Assembly: GCA_963843845.1 (NCBI GenBank)
Contig: CAWJMB010000002.1
Coordinates: 1 to 64,000, forward strand
Reading direction: 5' to 3'
Source: an uncultured Gemmatimonadaceae bacterium
Lineage (GTDB): Bacteria > Gemmatimonadota > Gemmatimonadetes > Gemmatimonadales > Gemmatimonadaceae
Length of the DNA: 64,000 nt
Numbering within the stretch: position 1 is the first letter of the stretch; every line of letters begins with the position of its first letter. This document shows positions 50,545 to 60,937 of the stretch, in pieces. The notes under the pieces were generated by a model. The model searched no databases, was not told where the DNA came from, and saw only the letters and a program-made list of their open reading frames with translations. A program made the position numbers and the translations under genes.

Positions 50545-51240
50545 TCAGCGCCCCTCCAGCCACCCCGCTTCGAGCGCGAACCGCACGAGCGCCGCGCGGC
50601 TCGACAGCCCGAGCTTTCCCATCGCGTTCGTCTTGTGCGTCTCGACGGTCTTCACGCTGATCTCGAGCGTCGCCCCGATCTCCTTGTTGGTGTGGCCGTG
50701 TGCGACGAGTCGCATCACCTCCTGTTCGCGCGCCGTGAGCGCATCCGCTCGCGGGCCGAGCGCGCCGCGCGTCGGCGTGTGCGAGCGGTCGGTGAGCAGC
50801 GTGCCGGCGAGCGACGGGTCGACGTACGTGCCTCCGCTCGCGACGGCGCGGATCGCGCGCACCAGCTCTGCCGCCGCCGTGCGCTTGAGCACGTAGCCCG
50901 ACGCGCCGGCACGCAGCAGCCGCGCGACGTAGCCGCGCTCCTCGTGCATCGTCAGCGCGAGGACCTGCACGGCGGGGCAGTCCTTGCGGATGCGCTCCGC
51001 CGCCTCGACCCCGCCGACGACGGGCATCGACAGGTCGAGCAGCACGACGTCGGGCTTCAGCTCGCAGGCGCGCTGCCACGCCTCGTGCCCGTCGGCCGCC
51101 TCGCCGACGACGGCGATCCCCGGCTGCGCCTCGACGAGCGCACGCAGCCCTTCGCGCACGATGGCGTGGTCGTCGGCGATGAGCACGCGGACGGTCTTGA
51201 GCGGGTGCTGCGGTGTCGGCCGCGACGTGGTCGCATTCAT
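50545..51240 (-). CDS. NarL/LuxR family response regulator
   Basis: VLIADDH, LLDLSMP and GYVLK receiver motifs; LTAREQEV...TNKEIG...KTVETH HTH. Confidence 0.95.
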   Translation of the reverse strand: MNATTSRPTPQHPLKTVRVLIADDHAIVREGLRALVEAQPGIAVVGEAADGHEAWQRACELKPDVVLLDLSMPVVGGVEAAERIRKDCPAVQVLALTMHEERGYVARLLRAGASGYVLKRTAAAELVRAIRAVASGGTYVDPSLAGTLLTDRSHTPTRGALGPRADALTAREQEVMRLVAHGHTNKEIGATLEISVKTVETHKTNAMGKLGLSSRAALVRFALEAGWLEGR

Positions 51241-53198
51241 GGAACGTCCTCGATCGGAATCCGCACGTAGATCGACGTCCCGCTCGCCGAGGACTCGACC
51301 GTCAGGAGGCCGCCGACGAGCGCCGCCCGCTCGCGCATGCTGGCGAGTCCGAGCCGCCGTTCGGTGACGCGAGTCACCGTCTCGACGTCGAAGCCCCGAC
51401 CGTCGTCTTCCACGATGAGCCGCACCTCGCCGTCCGGCCTGTCGATCACGACGCTGACGTGCGACGCCGCCGCATGCCGCGCCACGTTCGTGAGCGCCTC
51501 CTGCACGATGCGATAGAGCGTCGTGCGCACGTCGCGCGGCAGCACGCGCTCCCCTCCCCGCATCACCTCGACTTCGGCGGTGACGCCGTAGCGGACGGCC
51601 CACTCCCGGACGTACGTGTCGACAGCGCTGTCGAAGCCCACGTCGTCGAGCTCCGGCGGGTGCAGGGCGAGTGCCAGCCCCCGCACGTCGCGCGTCATGG
51701 CGAGGGTGAGGTCGTGCAGCTGATCGAGCTGGTCGAGCTGATCGAGCTGGTCGAGCTGGTCGAGCTGCGTCGCCGTGTCGGCGACGCCGCGGCGCAGCGC
51801 CTCGATGCCGAGCGTCAGCCCCGTGAGGTGCTGGCCGAGCTGGTCGTGCAGCTCGCGGGCGAGGCGACGCCGCTCGTCTTCTTCCGCGGAGGCGAGCTGG
51901 CGGCGGAGCTGCGCGTGTTCGGCCACCTCACGGGCGAGCAGGGCGCTCGCTTCCGCCAGCTCGGCCGTGCGCTCGGCCACCCGCTCGGTGATCTCGCGGC
52001 GCCCGCGCTCCGCCGCCTCGAGCGCCATCCGCTGCTCGTGCACGTCGGTCGCCGAGCCGAACCAGCGAACGATCGCTCCGCGCTCGTCGCGGACCGGCTC
52101 CGCCCGCACGAGGAACCAGCGGTACGCGCCGTCCGCCCGGCGGATGCGGTGGATCTGCTGCATCATGCGCCCGGTGTGCGTCGCCTCCGCGAAGTGCGCC
52201 GCCGACGCCGCCCGGTCGTCCGGGTGAATCGCGTCGACCCAGCCCCACCCGGCGGCCTCGGCGATCGGCCGTCCGGTATAGCTCCGCCACTGGTCGTTGC
52301 ACCAGGACATCGACCCGCCAGGATCGCGCTCCCAGAGCAGGTCGGGAACCAGATTCGCGACCGCGCGGAAGCGCGCCTCGCTCTTCCGCAGCGCGTCTTC
52401 GGTTTCCCGGCGCCGCGTCACGTCCTGCCCGACCTTGAGGAAGCCGCGAAGCTCCCCGGCGTCGTCGCGGACGGCGCGCGTGCTCCCTTCGATGAACACG
52501 CGCGTGCCATCGCGCCGCTGGTGCCACCGCACGTCCGGCGCCACACCGTTCCGCCGCGCCTCGGCGCACTCCTGCTGCCAGGCGTGGCACGCGTTGTCCT
52601 CGGGAACGAAGGTGATCTCGACCGGCTGTCCGATCGCGTCGGCCGCCGACCACCCGAACGCTCCCTCGGCGCCCGGCGACCAGGTCTCGATCCGGCCGTC
52701 GGGGTCGGTCGTGAGGATGGCGTAGTCGCGCGCGCTCTCGACGATGAGCCGGTAGCGCTCCTCGCTCTCGCGCCGGGCGGCCGTCAGCGTCTCGTTCGCG
52801 TGCCGCGCCTGTTCGGCCGCCTTGCGCGCGGAGACGTCGGACACGACGCCGATCATCCGGCGGGGGTGCGGCGGGTCACCCTCGAACGCGACGCGCGCGG
52901 TGACGGCGATCCACCGCGTCGTCCCGTCCGGCTGCACGACCCGGATCTCCTCACGCAGCTCGCCACCGCCGGCGGGATCGAGCGCGCGGGCCACCGCGTC
53001 GGCGCATCGCGCGCGATCGTCCGGATGGAGCAGCGTGCTCAACGCCAGGCGGAGCGTGAGTGGTGTGTCGGCGGCGAGCCCGAGCAGCGCGAGCGTCTGC
53101 GCGTCGGGCTCACCGCGGTCGTCGTCCGGATACCACACGAACGACCCCATCTCGGCGGCGTCGAGCGCCAGCTGAAGCCGGTCGTCGGTCTTCCACAT
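51237..53198 (-). CDS. Multi-PAS sensor histidine kinase (HisKA_3)
   Basis: Three PAS/PAC regions; ERRRLARELHDQLGQ, QEALTNVARHA, EDDGRGF and LGLASMRER motifs. Confidence 0.92.
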   Translation of the reverse strand: MWKTDDRLQLALDAAEMGSFVWYPDDDRGEPDAQTLALLGLAADTPLTLRLALSTLLHPDDRARCADAVARALDPAGGGELREEIRVVQPDGTTRWIAVTARVAFEGDPPHPRRMIGVVSDVSARKAAEQARHANETLTAARRESEERYRLIVESARDYAILTTDPDGRIETWSPGAEGAFGWSAADAIGQPVEITFVPEDNACHAWQQECAEARRNGVAPDVRWHQRRDGTRVFIEGSTRAVRDDAGELRGFLKVGQDVTRRRETEDALRKSEARFRAVANLVPDLLWERDPGGSMSWCNDQWRSYTGRPIAEAAGWGWVDAIHPDDRAASAAHFAEATHTGRMMQQIHRIRRADGAYRWFLVRAEPVRDERGAIVRWFGSATDVHEQRMALEAAERGRREITERVAERTAELAEASALLAREVAEHAQLRRQLASAEEDERRRLARELHDQLGQHLTGLTLGIEALRRGVADTATQLDQLDQLDQLDQLDQLHDLTLAMTRDVRGLALALHPPELDDVGFDSAVDTYVREWAVRYGVTAEVEVMRGGERVLPRDVRTTLYRIVQEALTNVARHAAASHVSVVIDRPDGEVRLIVEDDGRGFDVETVTRVTERRLGLASMRERAALVGGLLTVESSASGTSIYVRIPIEDVP

Positions 53199-53526
53199 CA
53201 CACCCTCTCGCTCAGCGAGGAAACGAGAGCGCGGCGATCGGCAGTGCGCGCGTTCCGCTGCCCGTCGTGGTCGACTGCGTAGCGAGAAGCTGGCCACGTC
53301 GACACACGAGTCCGCCCGATGCGTTCGCAGATCCGGTCCATGGTCTCGTCGACGTGCCTCAGGGCGACGAGCTCTCTGGAGATCTCGGCGAGCAGCGCCT
53401 GACGCCGCCCGGCCCGGACGCACCGCCGGCACCGGGCGCGTGCTGCTGGGGGATCGGTTTCGACATGCGATCGCGGGCCGCGCCGCGCATCTGCGATGCC
53501 AGCAGTTTCGCGCCGCATCGCTCGCG

Positions 53527-55389
53527 CTACCGACCGGCCGGCGGCCGCGCGCCGCGCTGCACGCATCCTGCCGCCAGCCGCCGCGGCGCGGTGGCGTCAG
53601 GATAGAGACGCCGCGCCGCGAGCGCGTGCTCACACCGCTCGGCACGGCGCTGACGTGCCGCGGCCAACTCGGCCTGCCGCAGCCGCACGCGGAAGTTGCC
53701 GGGGTCGAGCCGGCCGGCGAGCGCGATCGTCGACGGCCGGCCCGTGCTGAACAGCGCCATCGCACCGATTCCGGCCCCGCTCCGCACGGCGGCGGCGGCA
53801 GGGAGCACGACGAGCGCGACGGCGAACGCGCGGCGGAGGGTCGGCGCCGGCCACGCCAGGCGCCCGGCCATCGTCGCCGAGCCGCACCGTTCGGCGAGCG
53901 CGCCGGCAGCGAGCCAGACGACGAACGTGGGCGTCGCGAGCAGGAGCACGGCGTCGAACGCGCCGACGACCACCGCCGCCCAGAGCGTGGCGCCGAGCAC
54001 CCCGCCGGCGAGAATCTCGTCTGGCTCCCGCGCGCGCCACGCGGCGACGTGCGCCCACCAGGCGAGCGCGACGAACACGAGCCCGAGCGCGACGAACGCC
54101 GCCGGCCCTCGCTCGCTCAACACGGCGACCCAGTCGCTGCTCGGCCACGGGTTCGCGGTGACGTTGCCGGCGCTCGCCATCGACGGATCGCCGTCGGGTG
54201 CGAAGCGCGGATAGCGGACCCCCCAGTTCCCCGTGCCGACACCGAGTGCGGGATGATCGAGCACCATGCGAGCAGAGTTCGCCCACTGCTTGAGTCGCCC
54301 CTGCCCGCTGCCGCTTCGATAGTCGACGACGCCACGCACCGACTCGAGGTACGGGTTGTCGCTGTTCCAGTTCAGGGTGTTCGGAATGAGGAGCGCGCCA
54401 GCCGCGCCTCCGACGACGGCGAGCGCGGCGACCGCCAGCCGCACGGAGGACGAGCGTGTCGAGGAGGGCGCCGTGGAGCGCTCCCCGGCGCGCGCTGCGG
54501 AGTGCGCGGCACGCCGCGCGCGGAGCACACCGACCGCGAACGGAAGCGTCGCCGCCACGGCGGCCAGGTACGCGCCGCGGCTGCGCGACAGCACGAGCGC
54601 CGCCGTCGTCGCCGCGAGCCCGAGCGCCGCGCCGGCGCTCGTGAGGCGGCGGTCGGCGCCGAGCAGCCTGTATCCGAGCAGTGGCGCGCCAACGGCTGCG
54701 AGGTGCGCGACGAAGTTGCGGTTGCCGAAGGTGCCGCCCGGCGCACGGTTCAGGCTGAAGAGCTCGCTCTCGATGCCGTACGCTTGCAGCAGCGCCGTCG
54801 CCGCCGCGATCGCGCAGACCGCGCCGGCCGCCCCGACGATCGCGTCGCCGAAGCCGCGGCGCGCGAGGTGGCGCGCCGACCAGAACAGCACCGCGCCGGA
54901 CAGCGTGATGGCGAGCGCCCGCGCCGCGAGCCATCGGTTCGGCGCCGCGAGCGCCGACGCTGTCGACAGGGCGAGATAGCCGACCAGCAGCAGGTCGACC
55001 CATGTCGCCCCCGGTCGCTCGGCGTGAAGCTCGGCGATCGCTGTTGGGGGGGGGTGATGGAGCGGCATCCCCGGTACTGGCCTCTGTTCGGACACTCGCG
55101 CGACACGTCGCAGGCACAGCGCAGCACACAGCGCGGCGGCGAGGTGCAGCATCAGCTCTTTCGGAAGAAAGAATCGATCGAGCTCGAACAGCTTGTACGT
55201 CGTCGCGGCGAGCGGCAGCGCGACGGCGGCGATCTGCAGCACGCGCCAGGCGCGGTGATCTCGATCGGATGACGAGAGGGAGCGAAGCGGCACTGCGACG
55301 GGAAGTGTGGGATGCCCCGGGGGCTCCGGATGCCAGGGGCGCGCGGCGAGCTCGGCACTGCGTGCCGTCCGCTCCGGGCTCCGACGCAT
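53527..55389 (-). CDS. O-antigen ligase (Wzy_C) family membrane protein
   Basis: FFLPKE, GTFGNRNF.A, SRSRGA, GR...W and P..GVGTGNW motifs; many TM segments; start uncertain. Confidence 0.8.
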   Translation of the reverse strand: MRRSPERTARSAELAARPWHPEPPGHPTLPVAVPLRSLSSSDRDHRAWRVLQIAAVALPLAATTYKLFELDRFFLPKELMLHLAAALCAALCLRRVARVSEQRPVPGMPLHHPPPTAIAELHAERPGATWVDLLLVGYLALSTASALAAPNRWLAARALAITLSGAVLFWSARHLARRGFGDAIVGAAGAVCAIAAATALLQAYGIESELFSLNRAPGGTFGNRNFVAHLAAVGAPLLGYRLLGADRRLTSAGAALGLAATTAALVLSRSRGAYLAAVAATLPFAVGVLRARRAAHSAARAGERSTAPSSTRSSSVRLAVAALAVVGGAAGALLIPNTLNWNSDNPYLESVRGVVDYRSGSGQGRLKQWANSARMVLDHPALGVGTGNWGVRYPRFAPDGDPSMASAGNVTANPWPSSDWVAVLSERGPAAFVALGLVFVALAWWAHVAAWRAREPDEILAGGVLGATLWAAVVVGAFDAVLLLATPTFVVWLAAGALAERCGSATMAGRLAWPAPTLRRAFAVALVVLPAAAAVRSGAGIGAMALFSTGRPSTIALAGRLDPGNFRVRLRQAELAAARQRRAERCEHALAARRLYPDATAPRRLAAGCVQRGARPPAGR

Positions 55390-55628
55390 CCAAAGTATCC
55401 CGACGCGTGCTTTTCCAGCTGTTTCTGGCTGACCAGTCAGCCCGCCCGTGAATCCGGGGGTGGCCCCAGGTCCCCGAGTCGCTGGAAATCCTAGCTTTCG
55501 GTCATCGGCGAGTCGTCGGCCGCATCGACGCCGCTCGCTCCACCCCTCGCCTGCGTGCCTGTGTGTACGCGCGAGCCAACGTCCGCGTGTGCCCTCGAGG
55601 CGCACGCCGCCACCAGTCATCCGTCCTC

Positions 55629-56435
55629 ATGGCCGCACGCACCCGCTCCACGCTGCTCGGGCAGCTCACGCTCGCCGTGTCGTCGGTCGCGGCGATCATC
55701 GTGGCGTCGACGCAGATCGTGGAGCCGGTGTTCGTCGGACGCGCGCCGGTCGTGCAGCGCCTCGTGGCGGCGACGTGGCGGGATTCTGCCGCCGCACGGG
55801 CGCCGTGGGCGCTCGCCTCGTCCGATTCGGCGACGTCGATGGCGACGGTGCAGTTCGAGGCGGACCGGCAGGCGTTCGCGCGCGACCTCGTCGGCACGGG
55901 GCGGGTCGATGCGGCACGCGCCGATTCGCTCGCGCGGTTCGCGGTGCGCGAGGCGTACCGGAAGCACGTCGCGCCGGCGCTCGTGTTCGGCGTGCTGCTC
56001 ACCGAGAACTCGACGTTCAAGTCGAAGGCGCGCTCGAACGTCGGCGCGGTCGGGCTCATGCAGATTTACCCGAAGATCTGGGTGCCGACGCTCGGCAAGC
56101 TGTTCGGGCGGAATCTGCGCGACGACGAGACGAACCTGCGCTACGGCGTGCACATCCTCAGTCACTACGTCGACCGGGCGGTGAAGAAGGCCGACGCCCC
56201 GACCGAGGACGCGGCCAGCGCGACGAACGTGGTGCGCACGGCGCTCCTTCGCTACAACGGCTGCGTCCGCGGCACGAACACGAAGAACTGCCACACGTAC
56301 CCCGACAAGGTCGTGCGCGCGGTCGAGCGGTACGCGACGGCGCAGTGTGGACAGGGCGGGTTCGCGGCGTGCGTCTCGCAGCCGATGCGGCTGCGGATGA
56401 CGGAGACGGTGCAGGTGGCGTCGCTCGGGATGTAG
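55629..56435 (+). CDS. Lytic transglycosylase (SLT domain)
   Basis: Catalytic E in LTENS, GAVGLMQI, NLRYG..IL and ALLRYNG motifs. Confidence 0.88.
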   Translation: MAARTRSTLLGQLTLAVSSVAAIIVASTQIVEPVFVGRAPVVQRLVAATWRDSAAARAPWALASSDSATSMATVQFEADRQAFARDLVGTGRVDAARADSLARFAVREAYRKHVAPALVFGVLLTENSTFKSKARSNVGAVGLMQIYPKIWVPTLGKLFGRNLRDDETNLRYGVHILSHYVDRAVKKADAPTEDAASATNVVRTALLRYNGCVRGTNTKNCHTYPDKVVRAVERYATAQCGQGGFAACVSQPMRLRMTETVQVASLGM

Positions 56436-56463
56436 CGTCTCGACCCGTCGGGGGCGCCGGCCG

Positions 56464-56952
56464 GTGGCGCAACCGTTGCCGTTCTCGCGACGCATGCACG
56501 TACTCGTCTGTGACGTCGCCGATCTCCGCGTCGCCTGGCCGGCTGCGGCGGTCTGCGAGGTCGTCCGCATGGTCGCCGTCACTCCGCTCCCCGACGCCCC
56601 AGCGCTCGTCGAGGGGGTGATCGACGTCCGCGGCGCGCTCGTTCCCGTGCTCGCGCTCCGCGCTCGGCTCGGTGTTCCATCACGCGTCGTGTCATCAGAC
56701 GAGCACCTGGTGCTTCTGCGACGCAGCCAGCAGCGCGACACTGTCGCGTGTCGGGTCGATCAGGCCCGCGAGCTGACCGAGATCGACGGCTCGGCGATGA
56801 CGACGCCGACGGGGATGGCGGCGGCGGGCCGCGGGGTGGCCGGTGTCGCCACCACCACCGACGGGCTGCTCGTCGTGCACGACATCGACGCGTTCCTGAA
56901 CGAAGCCGAGTCGCTGGCGCTCGACCACGCCCTGCGCGCGTCCGCGACATGA
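56464..56952 (+). CDS. cheW: CheW coupling protein
   Basis: VTPLPDAP..VEGVIDVRG.LVPV; alternative ATG at 56494. Confidence 0.85.
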   Translation: MAQPLPFSRRMHVLVCDVADLRVAWPAAAVCEVVRMVAVTPLPDAPALVEGVIDVRGALVPVLALRARLGVPSRVVSSDEHLVLLRRSQQRDTVACRVDQARELTEIDGSAMTTPTGMAAAGRGVAGVATTTDGLLVVHDIDAFLNEAESLALDHALRASAT

Positions 56953-58631
56953 GCTCCCGCCGTGCTGCACCGACCCCGCCGAGCGTGCCGGACCCGCCCC
57001 GCCCCGCCCCGGGCGTCGCCATCGGCGACGAGCGCGGACGGTGGAACGACCCCGCATTCGAGGCGCTGGCTGTACGCGTCTGGGAGGTCGCCGGCCTCGT
57101 GTTCCCGCAGAACCGCATCTCGTTCGCCGAGTCGTCGCTGAAGCGACTGATCGACCGGCTCGGACTGAGCGGTCCGAAGGCGCTCGTCGACGCGTTCGAC
57201 AGTGACTCAACAGTGCGGGAGCACGTACTGGCCGAGTTGACGATCGGGGAGACGTACTTCTTTCGTGACCCGCGGCAGTTCGACGTCGTGCGCGACACGA
57301 TCCTGCCAGCGTTGCGCGAGCGGCGGAACGCCACGCGTCGGCTGCGGCTGTGGAGTGCGGGGTGCGCGTCGGGCGAGGAGGCGTACTCGCTCGTGATGCT
57401 GCTGCGCGAGACAGGATGGCCGCACCCCGCCTCGATCCTCGGCACCGACATCGCGGCACCTCGGTTGGCGGCGGCACGGCGGGGGCGGTACGCGAAGTGG
57501 GCGCTGCGCGGCGTGCCGGAGCATGCGATCGAGCGGTGGTTCTCCGCACAGAGCGGAGCGCGGCTGCAGTTCGTGCTCGATCCGTCGATCCGGCGCGAGG
57601 CAGAGTTCCGGCTGCTGAACCTCGTGTCGGACGAGTACCCGTCGACGGCGAGCGGCGTGTTCGCGATGGACGTCGTATTCTGTCGCAACGTGTTGATCTA
57701 CTTCGACGTCGAGACGGTGCGGCGCGTGGCGGAGCGGCTGCTCGCGTCGCTGAGCGACGATGGGTGGCTGCTGCTCGGGGCGTCGGATCCGCCGCTCATG
57801 GATCTCGTCGACTGTGAGGTGGTGACGACGGGGGCCGGGCTGGCCTATCGCGCGATGCGGGGCGCGCGACGAGGGAGCGTGAAGCACCCGTCGGTCCTCG
57901 TCCGCCCGCCCGGCTCCGCATCACCGCTCTCCACCCGCAGCGTCACCGCCGTCTCACCGGCGTCGGAACGGCGGATCGATGGCCGTGATGCGGAGCCGGG
58001 CGAGTGGACGAGCAACGACGGACGAGCGACCGACCCGCCGAACGCTCGCGCGACCGTCGAGACCACGACCGACGCAGCCACCTCCATCGCTGGCACGCCC
58101 GTGCCCACGACGACCACGGCCGACGCGGCGGCGGCGTACCGTGTCGCCGACTACGACCGCGCGCTCTCGATCGCCGCGGCCGTGCTCGACGGGCGACGCG
58201 AGACCGACGGCGACCCGGCGCTGTGGCTCGTGCGCGTGCGGTCGCTCGCGAACCTCGGCCGGCTCGCGGACGCCGGCGCCGCCTGCGCCGCGGCGCTCGA
58301 CCGGCATCCGCTCTCGGCGGAGCTGCTCTACATGCAGGGGGTGCTGCTCGCGGCGGGCGGACGGGCACGCGACGCCGCGGCGGCGGCGCGGCGCGCGATC
58401 TACCTCGACCGGCACTTCGTTCCCGCGCACATGCTCCTCGGTGAGCAGCTCGCGCGACTCGGCGAGCGGGAACCAGCGGTTCGCGCGTTCGACAACGCCG
58501 AGCGACTGCTCGTGCCGCTGGCACCGGACGTGGTGGTGGCGGGCACCGATGACGCGCCGGCGATCCGGCTGCTGCACGTCGTGCGGAGCCGGCGGGCGGC
58601 GCTCACGGCGTCGGCCGGGAACGCGGCGTGA
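56949..58631 (+). CDS. cheR: CheR methyltransferase with C-terminal TPR
   Basis: TIGETYFFRD, WSAGCASGEEAYS and FCRNVLIYF motifs; TPR-like tail (LANLG...AIYLD..F..AH). Confidence 0.92.
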   Translation: MSSRRAAPTPPSVPDPPRPAPGVAIGDERGRWNDPAFEALAVRVWEVAGLVFPQNRISFAESSLKRLIDRLGLSGPKALVDAFDSDSTVREHVLAELTIGETYFFRDPRQFDVVRDTILPALRERRNATRRLRLWSAGCASGEEAYSLVMLLRETGWPHPASILGTDIAAPRLAAARRGRYAKWALRGVPEHAIERWFSAQSGARLQFVLDPSIRREAEFRLLNLVSDEYPSTASGVFAMDVVFCRNVLIYFDVETVRRVAERLLASLSDDGWLLLGASDPPLMDLVDCEVVTTGAGLAYRAMRGARRGSVKHPSVLVRPPGSASPLSTRSVTAVSPASERRIDGRDAEPGEWTSNDGRATDPPNARATVETTTDAATSIAGTPVPTTTTADAAAAYRVADYDRALSIAAAVLDGRRETDGDPALWLVRVRSLANLGRLADAGAACAAALDRHPLSAELLYMQGVLLAAGGRARDAAAAARRAIYLDRHFVPAHMLLGEQLARLGEREPAVRAFDNAERLLVPLAPDVVVAGTDDAPAIRLLHVVRSRRAALTASAGNAA

Positions 58632-59431
58632 ACAGAGACGCGACACCCACGACGATGGCCTCGGGAGCACGCGCGTCCGGCGACGCGCCAGCGACTGGCG
58701 ACGGGACTGGCGAAGGAACCGCTGACGGCACCGTCGACTGGAGCGCGATCCGTGAGCGGCTCGCGGCGAGCATTCAGGGTGCCCGCCGCCGTTCGCCGCG
58801 CGACGTGCTCACCGAGCGGGCGCTGGCGCTGGCGCGGCCGGTCGCGCGGTCGGACCGCGGCGGTAGCACAGGCGACACGGGTGGCGGAGGGGTGGCGGGC
58901 GCGGAGGACGTGTCGACGCTCGTCGTCACCGCAGGCGACAGCCGCTACGCCGTGCCGCTCGCCGACGTCGTCGAGATCGTGCGCACCGACCGACTCGTGC
59001 CGCTCCCCGGCGCCGACCCGACGATCGTCGGGGTGATGCCCTGGCGCGGGCGCGTGCTCGCTGTGCGTGCACTCGGCGAGCGCCATGGCGACACGAGTGC
59101 GCCAGGCAGCGGACTCGACCGCTCCGAGCGCGAAGCCGCGAGCGAGCGGCGCGTCGTCATCGTCGACACCGTCGCGACACCGATCGCGCTGCTCGTCGAC
59201 AGCGTCGCAGCGGTACAGACGATGCCATCCGCGTTGTTCGCACCGACGACCGACGAGGTGACGGCCACGCGCGTTCCGACGCTCGGTGTCACCTCGGACG
59301 CCGTCGCCGCACTCGACGTCGCCGAGTTGCGCCGTCGCACCCGCTCGCTCGACGCATCCGCGTCGGGCGCGCCCGCAGCTCCCGCAGCTCCCGCAGCGCC
59401 AGTAGCTCCAGCAGCTTCACGCGACACCTGA
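58628..59431 (+). CDS. cheW: CheW-like protein with N-terminal extension (WspD-like)
   Basis: [27 protein letters not shown] and GVMPWRG motifs. Confidence 0.8.
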   Translation: MNRDATPTTMASGARASGDAPATGDGTGEGTADGTVDWSAIRERLAASIQGARRRSPRDVLTERALALARPVARSDRGGSTGDTGGGGVAGAEDVSTLVVTAGDSRYAVPLADVVEIVRTDRLVPLPGADPTIVGVMPWRGRVLAVRALGERHGDTSAPGSGLDRSEREAASERRVVIVDTVATPIALLVDSVAAVQTMPSALFAPTTDEVTATRVPTLGVTSDAVAALDVAELRRRTRSLDASASGAPAAPAAPAAPVAPAASRDT

Positions 59432-59438
59432 GAACGAC

Positions 59439-60899
59439 ATGGACTGGACAGTCGGCCGACGCATCGGCGTCGGGTACGCGGTCATCCTCACGCTGCTCGT
59501 TCTCCTCGCCGGCGCGGGGGTGTGGGCGCTGCAGCGCACGAGTCGAACGTACGACACTGCGCTGCAAGAGCGTCGTCTCACGCTCGTCCCGACGCTCCGG
59601 GCCGAATCGCAGATGCGCGAGGCGAACGTCAACTTCCTGCGCTATCTCCTCGACGGCGACGAGCGGTGGCGCGCGGGGTCCGACAGCGCGATCGGCGTCG
59701 CCCGCGCGCTCTTGCAGGGAATCCGCGACTCCCTGCCCACCGACCAGCGGGCGTCGGTCGAGCGGCCACTCGCGCTGATCGATCAGTGGCAGCGCGGCGC
59801 GCACGAGGCGATGGACGCGCGGCTCGCCGGCGACCAGGCGCGGGCGCTCGAGATCCGCACGACGCGCAGTCGGCCGGTGCGCGTGCAGCTCGACGCGCAG
59901 CTCGCCGACCGGGTGCGGCAGGTCGAGACGAGCACCGAGACGGCGACGCGCGTCGGCAACGAAGTCGCCGACGCGACCCAGTTCGTGCTCATCCTGGTCG
60001 CCGGGCTGTCGATTCTCGTCGGGGTCGGCCTCGCGGTCCTGCTCAGTCGCGACATCCGCGCGCGTCTGCAGGAGTCGACCGGATCGCTCGCGACGGCCTC
60101 GGCGCAGATCCTCGCCGCCACGACCGAGCAGGCGGCCGGCGCGAACGAATCGATGGCCGCCGTCTCGGAGACCGTCGCGACCGTCGACGAGGTGACGCAG
60201 ACCGCGAATCAGGCCGCGCAGCGTGCCCGCACCGTCGCCGACTCCGCCCAGCGCACGGCCGAGATCAGCCGCAACGGCCAGCGCGCCGTGACCGACGCGC
60301 GCGCGGCGATGGAAGCCGCGCAGCGCCAGTCGACGTCGATCGCCGAGAGCATCGTGCGGCTGGCCGAGCAGGCGCAGACGATCGGCGAGATCACCGCGAC
60401 GGTCGACGACATCGCCGAGCAGACGAACCTGCTCGCGCTGAACGCGGCGGTCGAGGCGGCGCGCGCCGGCGAGGCGGGGCGCGGCTTCAGCGTCGTCGCA
60501 CAGGAGATCAAGAGTCTCGCCGAACAGGCGAAGCGCTCCACCGTGCAGGTGCGCCAGATCCTCGGCGACGTGCAGCGCGCGACGAGCAGCGCCGTCATGG
60601 CGACCGAGCAGGGCACGAAGCAGGTGACCGCCGCGGCGCGCATGGTCGATCAGGCGGGGGAGACGATCGACCACTTCGCGAGCGCATCGGCGGACGCGGC
60701 GCAGGCGGCGGCGCAGATCGTCGCGTCGGCGGGGCAGCAGGCGATCGGGATGGAGCAGATCCGGCAGGCGATCTCGAACATTCACGACGCGACGCAGCAG
60801 AACCTGACGGCGACGCGGCAGACGGAGCAGGCGGCCCAGGGGCTGAACGAGCTGGGAACGAGGATCGTGCGGTTGGTGGGGCAGCGGAACGGCGCGTGA
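59439..60899 (+). CDS. Methyl-accepting chemotaxis protein
   Basis: Two TM segments around a helical sensor domain; [30 protein letters not shown] hairpin. Confidence 0.95.
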   Translation: MDWTVGRRIGVGYAVILTLLVLLAGAGVWALQRTSRTYDTALQERRLTLVPTLRAESQMREANVNFLRYLLDGDERWRAGSDSAIGVARALLQGIRDSLPTDQRASVERPLALIDQWQRGAHEAMDARLAGDQARALEIRTTRSRPVRVQLDAQLADRVRQVETSTETATRVGNEVADATQFVLILVAGLSILVGVGLAVLLSRDIRARLQESTGSLATASAQILAATTEQAAGANESMAAVSETVATVDEVTQTANQAAQRARTVADSAQRTAEISRNGQRAVTDARAAMEAAQRQSTSIAESIVRLAEQAQTIGEITATVDDIAEQTNLLALNAAVEAARAGEAGRGFSVVAQEIKSLAEQAKRSTVQVRQILGDVQRATSSAVMATEQGTKQVTAAARMVDQAGETIDHFASASADAAQAAAQIVASAGQQAIGMEQIRQAISNIHDATQQNLTATRQTEQAAQGLNELGTRIVRLVGQRNGA

Positions 60900-60937
60900 C
60901 CGCTGCCGAACGACCGACGTCGCCCGCCTGACGCGCC

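Noticed and set aside
55390..55628. Possible c-di-AMP or c-di-GMP riboswitch upstream of the lytic transglycosylase
   Set aside because: I could not find the conserved aptamer segments by eye; an Rfam scan would be needed.
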